DNA of 34,966 bases. Source: a virus. Lineage: Duplodnaviria; Caudoviricetes. Where the stretch lies: the IMG/VR virus record IMGVR_UViG_3300031679_000007, positions 1-34,966 of that record. One strand, 5' to 3'. Every line of letters starts with the position of its first letter. The stretch's first letter is position 1. The translations under genes were made by a program, and so were the position numbers. The notes under the pieces are model-generated. The model was not told the DNA's origin. It made no database searches and saw only the letters and a list, made by a program, of their open reading frames with translations. Below, one piece after another: positions 16,832-26,225 of the stretch.

Positions 16832-17072
16832 GCACAGTCAGACACAGCAACGCTGCGGGTTGTGGCCAGACGCATAGGCAACTGTGAACGGTTCGTAAAA
16901 GAAACGTGAGACATTGATGAAGAATGCACCGTGCATGCGGATGTTCTAGGCAACCAAGGCGCGAAACGCCTAGCACGGCGCGTTATTATTCGCAGCTAGT
17001 TGTGAACACCTCGCCACGCACACGGCAGGCCTGGCTACTTCAGCTCGCAACGGAAGGACAAAGGTCGCGCCT

Positions 17073-17444
17073 ATGACGTCAGCACTCGTTCCCATTCCGT
17101 ATCCCATCGCCAACCCGGTCCCGATCACCCTCGCTGACGCGGAGGACGATGATGCCGCACCGACAATAGGTCAGCAGATCGCCGAGTTGCGCGAGCGCGT
17201 CGGTCTGTCGCAAATGGACGTCGCCGTGCTGTGCGGCGTCGACGTCTCGACCATCTCACGCTGGGAACGCAATCGCCACAAGCACACCCATCGCTCCAAG
17301 GACCGCCAGATTCGCGCTGCGCTGCAGGCGCTGACGTGGGCCGCCGAGTTGCAGGACGAAGATCCGATGCGTGTCCTGACGCGAGCTGAGGTCCAGGAAT
17401 ACATCGAGCGCCGTGAGCGCCAGCGTCAGCGTCGAGTGCGCTGA
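17073..17444 (+). CDS. XRE-family HTH transcriptional regulator
   Basis: IAELRERVGLSQMDVAVLCGVDVSTISRWER. Confidence 0.88.
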   Translation: MTSALVPIPYPIANPVPITLADAEDDDAAPTIGQQIAELRERVGLSQMDVAVLCGVDVSTISRWERNRHKHTHRSKDRQIRAALQALTWAAELQDEDPMRVLTRAEVQEYIERRERQRQRRVR

Positions 17445-17451
17445 CGGCGGC

Positions 17452-17501
17452 GCTGGTCGGTCGTTGTGAACGTCGATCTACAAGGAGACCGTCCGACCAG
17501 C
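17452..17501. terminator. Hairpin between convergent genes
   Basis: GCTGGTCGG...CCGACCAGC stem at the convergence point. Confidence 0.35.
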
Positions 17502-17993
17502 ACCACCCGCGTCGACAGTGTAAAGCGTGCCAGGCGGCTGTCTCAGCAAATTCCCGCGCAGCAGACGCAGTCCGGGCGTGACACGAAAGCGCTCTGCTTC
17601 GAGCAGCGCTGAGCCACACTGCTCGCAGTGATACCCGCGCGGCGGCGCGTTCAGGAACTCCGTCGCGCGCGAGCAGATGATGCACGTCACCGTCCAGGCG
17701 ACGAGGTACTCGTCTTCGGCGCCGCCGTGCGTCTGCGACCAGCAGCTCGGCGCGCCATGCTGGTAGCACACGCCGTCACGCAGCCGTCTGGGGTGCCAGC
17801 CACCTGTCAGTGTCTGGCAGCGCGGGCAGCGCACGTGACGCGCCTGGCACGCGGCTGAGCAGCGAAAGGTGCGCGCTGAGCTGGCGCCATGCACCACGCC
17901 CAGGTGGTGCCGACAGTACTCGCTCGAACGTCTGACCAGCTCGTCGCAGTCCGGGTAGCTGCACGGCCGATCGCGCGCCCGAGCGGCTTTCAT
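17478..17993 (-). CDS. Multi-Zn-finger protein
   Basis: CSYPDC..YCRHH, CPRC..CYQH, CIIC and CEQC motifs. Confidence 0.6.
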   Translation of the reverse strand: MKAARARDRPCSYPDCDELVRRSSEYCRHHLGVVHGASSARTFRCSAACQARHVRCPRCQTLTGGWHPRRLRDGVCYQHGAPSCWSQTHGGAEDEYLVAWTVTCIICSRATEFLNAPPRGYHCEQCGSALLEAERFRVTPGLRLLRGNLLRQPPGTLYTVDAGGAGRTVSL

Positions 17994-18196
17994 TGCGGGA
18001 GCTCCGGGAGCTCCGGGAGCTCCGGTGGCGCTTCTTCACGCTGGGCGCGCAGCAGCAACAGTTCAGCGTCACGCCGGAAGTGCCGCGCCCAGCCGTCGAG
18101 CCCGAGCTGGTTGGCCAGGTCGGCAACGCTCTCGAGCTGGTCCGCCAGTGAGCGACACACGTCGGCGCGCATGCTGGCCAGGTCGGCGTCGGTCAC
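17990..18196 (-). CDS. Hypothetical protein with PEL x3 tail
   Basis: GTGA/ATGA coupling; 9-bp repeat GGGAGCTCC x3 at 17997-18023. Confidence 0.6.
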   Translation of the reverse strand: MTDADLASMRADVCRSLADQLESVADLANQLGLDGWARHFRRDAELLLLRAQREEAPPELPELPELPQ

Positions 18197-18462
18197 CGAT
18201 AGCGAACAGCGGCCGCGGCCTGGTCTCGCCGATGCTCGTCGTCGATGCGCCGATGGCGCTTGCGCTCGTCTTCGGCGTCCATGATCTTCGCCAGCAGCAC
18301 GTCGTAGCCGCCGGCTTTGTCCATCAGCCGCCGGCCTTCTTCTTCGGCGCCGAGCTGGTACACCGCATCACCCCAGCTCGCGTGCGGACACAGCCACAGG
18401 TTGTCGGTGATCGGGAGCAGGCGGCACTTGAACCTACACCTGGGCGCGGTCACGTGGCGCAT
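18193..18462 (-). CDS. Hypothetical protein
   Basis: AAGGA RBS before ATG 18462; C-x3-C...CPH motif. Confidence 0.6.
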   Translation of the reverse strand: MRHVTAPRCRFKCRLLPITDNLWLCPHASWGDAVYQLGAEEEGRRLMDKAGGYDVLLAKIMDAEDERKRHRRIDDEHRRDQAAAAVRYR

Positions 18463-18673
18463 GACGTTCCTTTCGCGGCTTGCTGCGCAGGTAGCGCTCC
18501 AGCTCAGCGTCTTCTGGACGGCAGATCGCACGGATGGTCGACCAGGTCTGCTCGCCAACATCGTCGACGGTTTCGGTGCCTGGTACCAGTCGGTGGGCGA
18601 TCACGGCGGTGTTGTGCGTGGTGCCTTCGGCGGCCAGGTTCTCCTTGAGCGTGATCAGCAGATAGCGACTCAC
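18434..18673 (-). CDS. Hypothetical protein
   Basis: 79-aa ORF within the coupled gene chain. Confidence 0.55.
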   Translation of the reverse strand: MSRYLLITLKENLAAEGTTHNTAVIAHRLVPGTETVDDVGEQTWSTIRAICRPEDAELERYLRSKPRKERHAPRDRAQV

Positions 18674-18706
18674 GCGCCCAGCTTAGGTGATTCGCCTAGC
18701 TACCGC

Positions 18707-18892
18707 TCAGGGTGTGCGCCGGCTTTTCTTGGGTGTTGCCTTGCGCGCCGGCAGCGCCTTTTCGTTCACACCTCGCAATTTGTTCTTGGCCTCTTCAGGA
18801 CTGAAGCCAGCCACCTTGCCAGCTGCGGCGGCGCCGAACAGGCGCGCCTGGGCCTTGCTAGCAGGAGGTGTGTACTTTTTCCCGCCCGGCAT
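18707..18892 (-). CDS. Small basic phage protein
   Basis: AAGGAGG RBS; PPASKAQARLFGAAAAG motif of a kind seen in small late-region phage proteins. Confidence 0.7.
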   Translation of the reverse strand: MPGGKKYTPPASKAQARLFGAAAAGKVAGFSPEEAKNKLRGVNEKALPARKATPKKSRRTP

Positions 18893-18903
18893 ACGTCCTC
18901 CTT

Positions 18904-19668
18904 CTAGTGCGGGTGCGCCGCTGTTGGCACGAACATCACCACCAGCGCCCCACCAGCGTTCAGATAACACCCGCCATAGCCGGCGTAGTTCATCGTCACC
19001 GTCACGCTGCCCGAGCCCAGGTCATACTCGCGCCCACAGCCCAGCACGGCCGCGGCCTGGAACACGTCAGCGTGGCAGGACACGCCGTTATCCCCGTTGA
19101 CCGAGATGAAGATCGTCACGCCGCCAGGCTGCGTCTGATTGGTGCCCATGTTGTAGGCGTACAGCACATAGTGGCCTGGCTTGCTCAGCGTCAGCGTGGT
19201 GGTGCTGCTGTACGCGCCCAGGTTGTCGCTGCTCAGCCCCCAGCTCAGGTTGCCACTCGAGCCGACGCCCTGCGCATTGATGGTGACCACGGTGCGCAGC
19301 GGCGAGCCCGGCGGCTGCAGGTCTGAGGTCGCCTGCGAGTAGCCAGCGTTGTAGCGATTGGTCCACACGTTCGGATCGTTGTGCGCATCGGTCGACCACA
19401 GGTTGCCGCTGCCCCAGCCACCGCTGTCGTACGCCGCGTTGCGATCGGTCTCGAACGACTGGCCGACATTCCACTGTCGCGATCCACCCCAGGCGTTATT
19501 GGCGCGTCCCTGCCAAGTGGTAGCCGTGTTCTGGTTGTCGCTGGCCATCTGCTCGAACGAGGTGCCTGAATTCCACACCCGCGTCGGACCCCACGCCTGA
19601 TTCGCGCGCGAGGTCCACGTCTGCACCTGGTTCCACAGCGCGTGTGCCGAACTGGCCAGGTAGGTCAT
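18904..19668 (-). CDS. Probable virion/tail protein with Trp-rich repeats
   Basis: ATGA-coupled; internal repeat TW.SRAN.AWG..R.WN.G.SFE twice; beta-rich C-terminal domain. Confidence 0.65.
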   Translation of the reverse strand: MTYLASSAHALWNQVQTWTSRANQAWGPTRVWNSGTSFEQMASDNQNTATTWQGRANNAWGGSRQWNVGQSFETDRNAAYDSGGWGSGNLWSTDAHNDPNVWTNRYNAGYSQATSDLQPPGSPLRTVVTINAQGVGSSGNLSWGLSSDNLGAYSSTTTLTLSKPGHYVLYAYNMGTNQTQPGGVTIFISVNGDNGVSCHADVFQAAAVLGCGREYDLGSGSVTVTMNYAGYGGCYLNAGGALVVMFVPTAAHPH

Positions 19669-20336
19669 ATCGCGCGCCAATTGGTGAGGTCGGACTTGTA
19701 TGTGATCGCGTCGCCTTGCAGCACCGTGCCGTTGAGCACCGCGCCGCTGTTCGGATCGAACGAGCCACCGTAGATCGCGCCACCCAGCGCCGCGACGGCG
19801 ACCGTGCCACTCAGCGCGCTGATCGAGATGGGTCGATTCGTGCTGGCCGCGGCCGGTAAGGTGAGCGTGAACGCGGCGGTGCAGAACACGAAGTGGATGC
19901 CTGCCGCGACGGTGTAGGCGCCACCCTGCACGGTGGTGGCACCCGCGTAGAGGCCCTCCAGCGTGACGGGTGTGAGCACGCCGCCCTGCGACGGGCCGCT
20001 GTGGTTGTGCTGCGCCAGGGTGTAGTCGCTGATGCGCGGCGCCAGCAGCGTGCCACCCGCGTTGATCGCGAACAGCAGGTTGGAGCTGGAATCGCGCACG
20101 TCGAACAGATCGGCAGTCTGGCCCACCGCGCCGTAGATCGTGAACGGCACATTCGTCGGACCAGGCGCGACCTGGCTGACGCTGCCAACCGTGCTCAGCG
20201 CGCCTTTGACGGTCAAGTTGCGGCCGAGCGTGACGTCGGTATCGGTGATCACGCCAGCCAGCAGGTCATAGATATCCGTGATCCAGCGACTTTTCAGTCG
20301 CGCGCCAGGCTTGATGTTGCCACGATCGAGAGGCAT
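19665..20336 (-). CDS. Tail fibre/spike-like protein
   Basis: Gly/Thr/Ala-rich; FTLTLPAAAST segment typical of fibre modules. Confidence 0.65.
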   Translation of the reverse strand: MPLDRGNIKPGARLKSRWITDIYDLLAGVITDTDVTLGRNLTVKGALSTVGSVSQVAPGPTNVPFTIYGAVGQTADLFDVRDSSSNLLFAINAGGTLLAPRISDYTLAQHNHSGPSQGGVLTPVTLEGLYAGATTVQGGAYTVAAGIHFVFCTAAFTLTLPAAASTNRPISISALSGTVAVAALGGAIYGGSFDPNSGAVLNGTVLQGDAITYKSDLTNWRAI

Positions 20337-20341
20337 AGCTA

Positions 20342-22363
20342 TCAGGTATCCGGATCCAGGTATGTCTCGCCGTCCAGCACGGCAGCGCCGTCCGTGGGCG
20401 TCGGAATCTCGACGGCGTTCGCCTCGCCGTACACCAGGCCAGGAATCGCCTGGGTCAACTCGAGCCCCGCGCTGTACTCGGGCTGCACGCCGCCGCTCTC
20501 GCGCAGCACCGTCGCGTCGATGTTGTCGAGCAGCACGGTCCAGCTGTAGCCCTCACGATCGCGAAAGACGACCATCTCCTGCGTCTCTCTGAGCGCCAGC
20601 AGCTTGCGGTAGATCCTGAAGGCGTAGTCTTCTCTCTGCGCGAAGTTGTTCAGCTCCTGGTTCTGGCCGATGCTGACGGTCAGCGTCCAGCGCCAGCGAT
20701 TCTCGACCAGGATGCGCGCATGGATGACCACGTAGCGAATGATCGGCGTGTCGATCGGCGTGAAGGTGCGCGGCTTGTAGCGCAACTGGATCCAGTGACA
20801 GTGGCGCGTGGTGCGCGGAAAGAGCATGCGCGTCGACGGCGAGGTGTACGCCAGGTTGGGCACCAGGTCGGTGTGCCACGTCCCGTCACCGTCGAGCATG
20901 TAGTCGATGTAGACGTACTTGACCATGCCCTGCAGCCGCTCAGCGCCGAGCACCACCCACATGAGCGCCTTCTCGGTGTCCGGCAGGTTGAAGTCGAACG
21001 AGCTGGTGATCAACTCGACGTTGTCAGTCGCGGTCGTAAAGAGCGCATTCGGGTCACTGAGCGGGTCGTCGCCGGTCAGCGGCATGCCGATCCTGCCCAC
21101 CTGATTGCCGAAGCCGAACCAGAGCGTCGGCGGCCCGCTGCGCGTGTCTGTCGAGCGCTGGAACATCGTCTCGCAGTCCTGTTGACCGGGATACACCCAC
21201 GTGTGCCAGTGGCCGGTGCGCGTGTCCATCTTGTTGATGAACAGCTGCGGCGGGTTGAAGGTCGGGTCGCACAGCGCGGCGTACACGAAGCGCGCACTGT
21301 CGGCCAGCGCGCGCACCTCGCCACGCACGCGGCCGAGCTGCTGCGCGTCGCGCGCCGGGGCGATGTTGCTCGCCTCGCCAGAGGTCTGCGACGACGCCTG
21401 GAAGGTCCACAGACCGCGGCCGTTCGGAATGATCACGAGCGGGCCATGCCACATCAGCGGGCGGCTGTTGCGCGCGTAGCGGCGCTCGAAGGGCAGGTAC
21501 TTGGTCGCCGTGCCGCCGGCGCCGCTCGGAATGCCCCATAAGCCGTCCGTCTTGCCGATCCACAACAGCGACATGCCGCCACCTGGCGCCAGGCTGGTGA
21601 TCGGCGAGCTGGTGTCGCCCACGGTCAGCACTGGCTCGATGGCCCAGCCGACACCACTCACCGAGCCCTGGATCTGGTTGCCCTGAAACGAGCGGTACAG
21701 CCCCACCTTGTCGCTAGTCAGGCACGTCGCCGGATACGTGGTGCCGAACACGCTCGCCGTGCCACCGGCCAGATTGGTGACGTACTGCATGTTGGCCAGG
21801 TCGCCGAGCGCGATGAACGCCGTGCCGCCGAGTACCGCCATATCGGTCGCCAGTTGCGGAAACGGCGTGGTGTTGATCACCGACCAGGTGCCCGGCAGAT
21901 CGTCGCGGCGATACAGCGCCGTGCCAGCCGCGCACAGCAGCGTGCCGCCTAACTCGACCAGGCGCACGGGCGTGTAGCTGCTGCTCAGGCCAGGCAGCGC
22001 CTCGAGCACAAAGGGTGGCGACAGGATGATGCGCCCGGCCAGGCTGCCGTCGACGTTCAGGCCTTCGAGATAGCCGGCCCAGTACGCGCCTGACCAGCCG
22101 TCCGAGCTGACCGTGTGCGAGGCGCGCAGGTAGCCGTAGCCGGCCGCCCAGTTGGCCTGGGCGCTGGGGCTGTCGAAGGGCGACATATCCCCGTAGCTGG
22201 GGTCGCCCTGGCTGCTCTTGGGCGCGAACGGCGAGGCGGATTTGACGTGGTACTCGGCGCCCTGCTTGAGCATGAGCTTCTCGTCGTCCAGCTCGACCTG
22301 GCCTTCGGTCGGCATCTGGTAGGCGGCTTGCCCGCCGTAGGCGCGCAGATCGGAGAAGGTCAT
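20342..22363 (-). CDS. Podovirus-type tail nozzle/stabilisation protein (beta-propeller-like)
   Basis: 673 aa with repeated blade-like segments (LLWIGKTDGLW, LWFGFGNQVG); follows an adaptor-sized gene. The function is inferred from position. Confidence 0.6.
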   Translation of the reverse strand: MTFSDLRAYGGQAAYQMPTEGQVELDDEKLMLKQGAEYHVKSASPFAPKSSQGDPSYGDMSPFDSPSAQANWAAGYGYLRASHTVSSDGWSGAYWAGYLEGLNVDGSLAGRIILSPPFVLEALPGLSSSYTPVRLVELGGTLLCAAGTALYRRDDLPGTWSVINTTPFPQLATDMAVLGGTAFIALGDLANMQYVTNLAGGTASVFGTTYPATCLTSDKVGLYRSFQGNQIQGSVSGVGWAIEPVLTVGDTSSPITSLAPGGGMSLLWIGKTDGLWGIPSGAGGTATKYLPFERRYARNSRPLMWHGPLVIIPNGRGLWTFQASSQTSGEASNIAPARDAQQLGRVRGEVRALADSARFVYAALCDPTFNPPQLFINKMDTRTGHWHTWVYPGQQDCETMFQRSTDTRSGPPTLWFGFGNQVGRIGMPLTGDDPLSDPNALFTTATDNVELITSSFDFNLPDTEKALMWVVLGAERLQGMVKYVYIDYMLDGDGTWHTDLVPNLAYTSPSTRMLFPRTTRHCHWIQLRYKPRTFTPIDTPIIRYVVIHARILVENRWRWTLTVSIGQNQELNNFAQREDYAFRIYRKLLALRETQEMVVFRDREGYSWTVLLDNIDATVLRESGGVQPEYSAGLELTQAIPGLVYGEANAVEIPTPTDGAAVLDGETYLDPDT

Positions 22364-23397
22364 CGCGGAGGCGGCGTCCAGTTGGCAGACATGTAAAACG
22401 GATTACTGCCCCAGCCGGTGCGGCTCGGCACCGTCTCGGGCGTGTCGATCTCGAGCGGCGGCGGGGGCATGACCAGGTCGTTGCGCTGCTCCTGGGCGGC
22501 CTGCATCAACAGTTTGAACATGTCCGTGTTGCGCCCAGCCTGGTCGACGGGCGCGCCATCGGCGCCCTCCAGCCACAGGTACGCCTGGGCATAGGTCATC
22601 AGATACTCACCCAGGCGCAGATCGTAGTCGTCCTGGCCGACCGCGACGATGTCCGCGTCGCTTTGCAGCAGCGACTGGATGCCCTGGCCGATCAGGCGCA
22701 GCACGCGCGGCCAGGGCGGCACCGCGTCGAGCTGCAGCACGTGGGTGATCGTGCCATCTGGATTGACGTTCTCGCGCACCGTCCAGCCCGTCAGGCGATT
22801 GAACGGGAAGCCGCGCCCGTCCTGGCCCTGCGCCAGCGGACCCGCGCCGGACAGGTTCAGGCTGGCCTGCACGTACACCTCGAACAGGCGCGTCATGCCT
22901 GGCGGCAGCAGGTACGTCCAGGTGTTGTAGGTGGTCGTGATCGACGTGTCTTCGATCCTGCGCCAGAAGTTCTGGGGCAGGCGGCGGATACCGCGATTGA
23001 GCGCCGCGAGCTTGCGCCGCCGCGGCCAGCGCATGTTGACCGCGTACGAATCCCCCTGCGCAGCTGGTGCGGCCAGACCCGCGTTCGGGTTGGTGTTGCC
23101 GAGCAGGAAGCGCCCGACATTCACCGTGCCGTCGTAGCCGGTGATGCGCGTTTCGATGCCGATGTTCTGCTGGGCGGTCGGGCCGAGATACGTCAACCAG
23201 CCGGTGCGGAACACGTCGTCAGGCTCAGGGCGGGTGTTGTCGTCCAGGTAGGTGCCATCGCTTGCCGTCGAGCTGACCATGCCCGCGGCGTAGTCGCCCA
23301 TGCGAGCACCCAGCTCCTGGAGCAGCTGGCCCGTTGTAGAGCCGCCACCCACCGGTCCCGGCGGAAGCCAGACAGTGGGCTCGAGAACGATCGGCAT
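22360..23397 (-). CDS. Head-tail adaptor-like protein
   Basis: 345 aa; LLQELGARMGD...ALNRGIRRL...YLLP layout typical of podovirus adaptors (inference). Confidence 0.6.
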   Translation of the reverse strand: MPIVLEPTVWLPPGPVGGGSTTGQLLQELGARMGDYAAGMVSSTASDGTYLDDNTRPEPDDVFRTGWLTYLGPTAQQNIGIETRITGYDGTVNVGRFLLGNTNPNAGLAAPAAQGDSYAVNMRWPRRRKLAALNRGIRRLPQNFWRRIEDTSITTTYNTWTYLLPPGMTRLFEVYVQASLNLSGAGPLAQGQDGRGFPFNRLTGWTVRENVNPDGTITHVLQLDAVPPWPRVLRLIGQGIQSLLQSDADIVAVGQDDYDLRLGEYLMTYAQAYLWLEGADGAPVDQAGRNTDMFKLLMQAAQEQRNDLVMPPPPLEIDTPETVPSRTGWGSNPFYMSANWTPPPR

Positions 23398-23400
23398 GCG

Positions 23401-23796
23401 TCAGTTCGCGAGTTGATCCACGGCGTGCGCCGCCGCGAGAGCCCAATCAGCAGCGTGCTGGTCGTTGAGGGTCAACGTCTCCTGCGCGTCGAGGATGCTT
23501 TCGATGATGCTGAGCAGGCGCTGGTCGATGAGAAACCATTTGGTCGCCAGCGTCTTTTCGCGCAACTCCGCGTAGTCGGCATCCTCGAGAACAAGCACCC
23601 GTTCAGGCGTCTCGAGCGCGAGGTCGAGCGCGTTGAGGATACGAATGCCGCGCCGAATCTCGTCGATCGTCGCGCCGTTCTGGCGGTCCTTTGGCTGGCG
23701 AATCACGTCGCGAATGATCGTTTCGGTAGCTATCGCCGTCGTCGCCTGATTCGGCAAGTGTGGGTCGGGCAGCACCCGCAGAGCGATGCGCTTCAT
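23401..23796 (-). CDS. Hypothetical protein (possible tail-fibre chaperone)
   Basis: ATGA-coupled ATG 23796; helical, 131 aa. Confidence 0.65.
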   Translation of the reverse strand: MKRIALRVLPDPHLPNQATTAIATETIIRDVIRQPKDRQNGATIDEIRRGIRILNALDLALETPERVLVLEDADYAELREKTLATKWFLIDQRLLSIIESILDAQETLTLNDQHAADWALAAAHAVDQLAN

Positions 23797-24179
23797 CCGT
23801 CCAGTGCCGCCAGTACTGCTGTCTCGTCCAGCTGCCAGCGTTCCTCGCCATCCATAGCAGTCACCAGTTCCTTGACGTGGTCGATGGCCGCCTGGGAGGT
23901 GCGTGCCAGGGGCGCGTCGCAGCAGCAACCCTCCAGATCGATCTTTCGGACGAACATCTCCTGGCCCATCGGCGCGTCAGCCCCGCCACCCACTGGCCAG
24001 GTGGAGGTCGCTCCGCAGCCATCGGGACACGTCAACACGATGAAGTTGTGATTTTCCGTGCCATCTGGATTGGTGCTCCACTTCACCTCGGCGGCGGGGA
24101 TGTTGCCCATGTGGCCGCCTTCGTCGTAGATAACTTCAAGATCACCATTCGGTAAAAAGTTCGTGGGTCGGACTGACAT
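23793..24179 (-). CDS. Hypothetical protein with CPDGC motif
   Basis: 128-aa ORF in the tail cluster. Confidence 0.65.
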   Translation of the reverse strand: MSVRPTNFLPNGDLEVIYDEGGHMGNIPAAEVKWSTNPDGTENHNFIVLTCPDGCGATSTWPVGGGADAPMGQEMFVRKIDLEGCCCDAPLARTSQAAIDHVKELVTAMDGEERWQLDETAVLAALDG

Positions 24180-24181
24180 GG

Positions 24182-25021
24182 TTACGGATTAGCCTCCAGC
24201 GTGAATCCCGGTGCAGCCGGTGGGAATGCCGTAAACGAGCCAGCGGACGGCGTGATGAACACGACGAATGAGCCGGTGTCCTGGCTGTACAGGGCTGGCT
24301 GATAGTTGTTCCACGTGCCCACTTTCGTAAACGTCGGAGTCACGGGCTTGATCGCCCGATGCGCAAACGTGAAATAGGTATTGGTCGAAGTGGCTTGATA
24401 GCCGCTGAGAACCACCGCCGAGCCGTACGTTTCGTAATACCGCAGACACCGCGCTAAATCGTCCGCCGGATGCAGCGGCACGTAGTTGGCGGGCTGCGAG
24501 CCGACCACCAGACAGGCGTTGTCGATGTAGGCGGTGCAATTCTGCTGAAAGTCCACGACCACGTAAAGCGACGTGATACCCGTCGCCAATGTCCGAGTGA
24601 ACGTCAACGTCTGATACGTGCCATCACCGGTGTGATATGCCCCGTACGTGTAGGCGCCGTCATACATACCAATGTGAACCGCATTGGCGGTTGACGTGCG
24701 TACGCGGATGCTCAGGGATACCGTTCGACCGCGCAGGTTCAGATAGTCTTCTACTTTCTGTTGCACCTGCGTTGAGCCAGCCACAACAGCCGTGATACTG
24801 GCGGCGAAGCAACTTCCACTGCCGGTGTCCTGGTTGGTCGAGTCTTTCGAGACACTCATGCCGCCCGAGTTGAACAGCGACCACCGATCTGCCGCATACG
24901 CCTGGTTCGCCGTGAACGGGCCGTTGCCTCTCTGCCACCATTCGAAACCAGGATTGACGAGCAGATTGGCTCTGGCGACGTCGGGGCCGAGTTGGCGATT
25001 ATCGAGCAGAGGGGTGGACAA
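24182..25021 (-). CDS. Receptor-binding/tail protein with carbohydrate-binding-module-like domain (paralog 2)
   Basis: NLLVNPGFEWWQRG...YAADRW and HPADDLARCLRYYE motifs; TTG start. Confidence 0.75.
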   Translation of the reverse strand: MSTPLLDNRQLGPDVARANLLVNPGFEWWQRGNGPFTANQAYAADRWSLFNSGGMSVSKDSTNQDTGSGSCFAASITAVVAGSTQVQQKVEDYLNLRGRTVSLSIRVRTSTANAVHIGMYDGAYTYGAYHTGDGTYQTLTFTRTLATGITSLYVVVDFQQNCTAYIDNACLVVGSQPANYVPLHPADDLARCLRYYETYGSAVVLSGYQATSTNTYFTFAHRAIKPVTPTFTKVGTWNNYQPALYSQDTGSFVVFITPSAGSFTAFPPAAPGFTLEANP

Positions 25022-25023
25022 GG

Positions 25024-25875
25024 CTACGGGTTGGCCTCCGCAGTCCAGGTGGTGTACAGCGCGCTCGTTCCTACCGCAGTCGTTAAGCCGTAGAGATCCG
25101 TGCCGACGGTATTCGTGAAAGCTGAGTTAATGGTTCCGATATTGGTGGAACCCGTATCAGCCAGAGTGATGGTCGGACTCACGGCTTTGACGGCTTTGAA
25201 CGACTGCCACCACTCCAACTGACTCCCGGCTACGCCGTATTGAGCCGCACGAAGTTGCTGCTTCTCGTAATACCGCAGACACCGCGCCAGGTCGTCGGCG
25301 GGATGCATGGGCACGTAATCCGCTGGCGTCGAGCCCACCACCAGCATGGCGTTGTCGAGATAGGCCGTGCAGGACGCGGCAAAGCTTGCCCCAGCCCAGA
25401 TCTGAGATGGAGCTACAGGAACAGCAACCGAAACCGACAACGTTTCGAAATTGCCGCTGCCTGAGTGGTATGCCCCGTACGTCCAGGCAGTGCTGTTGTA
25501 GATGCCGAGACGTACGGCATTTGCCGTGGAGCAACGCACACGCATAGAAAGCGTGAGCGTCTTGCCGCCCAGTTGGTAGGTGTACGTCGTCTCCACCAGA
25601 TACTGATGGAGAATCGTGCCGCCGCCACCAGTGCCGAGCGTGAAGGTTACCGCTGCTTGAACACTTGATCCGGCATCGAGACTGGTCGAACTAGCGCTCA
25701 CGCTGATGGTGTCCGTGCCGATGATGCTGGTCCGCCAGCGATCAGCGGTATACACCCCATTGGCCGTGAACGGGCCGTTGCCTCTCTGCCAGATCTCGAA
25801 GCCCCCGTTGGTGAGCAGGTTGGGGCGCTGCGCGCTCGGCCCGAGGTTGGGGTTGGCGACCTGCTCGAAGGTCAT
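25024..25875 (-). CDS. Receptor-binding/tail protein with carbohydrate-binding-module-like domain (paralog 1)
   Basis: NLLTNGGFEIWQRG...YTADRW and HPADDLARCLRYYE motifs; the same EANP terminus as paralog 2. Confidence 0.75.
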   Translation of the reverse strand: MTFEQVANPNLGPSAQRPNLLTNGGFEIWQRGNGPFTANGVYTADRWRTSIIGTDTISVSASSTSLDAGSSVQAAVTFTLGTGGGGTILHQYLVETTYTYQLGGKTLTLSMRVRCSTANAVRLGIYNSTAWTYGAYHSGSGNFETLSVSVAVPVAPSQIWAGASFAASCTAYLDNAMLVVGSTPADYVPMHPADDLARCLRYYEKQQLRAAQYGVAGSQLEWWQSFKAVKAVSPTITLADTGSTNIGTINSAFTNTVGTDLYGLTTAVGTSALYTTWTAEANP

Positions 25876-26225
25876 ATTCCCCGCAACTGGGAGGGTGCGT
25901 GCTCCTCGTCCCACTCCTGTTGGGTAATCTGCACCTGTTCGCGCGGGAGAAGGCCGCTCTGCTGGTCACGGATATCTTGCTTGCGTTGCGGCGTGGTCGT
26001 CCCGTCCTGAAATTCGGCCGCGTATTCGGCGTCGGTCTTGTCGCGCATGGCGACGTGCGCGTCTACTACCGCTTGCGCCGCTGGCGGTAAATCGACGGGC
26101 TGCCCCTGCGCGTCGTAGGTGAAGATGGTGCTCGTGCTACCCGCGTAGGTCGCGCCGAGCGCCGTGACGCCAAGCTCGCTCTGGAGTTGATACAGGTTGA
26201 CTGGCCTTGAGGTGGTGACGCTCAT
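25872..26225 (-). CDS. Hypothetical protein, probable tail-fibre assembly factor
   Basis: ATGA-coupled directly after the tail fibre. Confidence 0.6.
   Translation of the reverse strand: MSVTTSRPVNLYQLQSELGVTALGATYAGSTSTIFTYDAQGQPVDLPPAAQAVVDAHVAMRDKTDAEYAAEFQDGTTTPQRKQDIRDQQSGLLPREQVQITQQEWDEEHAPSQLRGI

Noticed and set aside
16883-16896. LexA (GAAC-N4-GTTC) box
   Set aside because: The spacing is wrong. The sequence is better seen as a variant of the GTGAACG motif.
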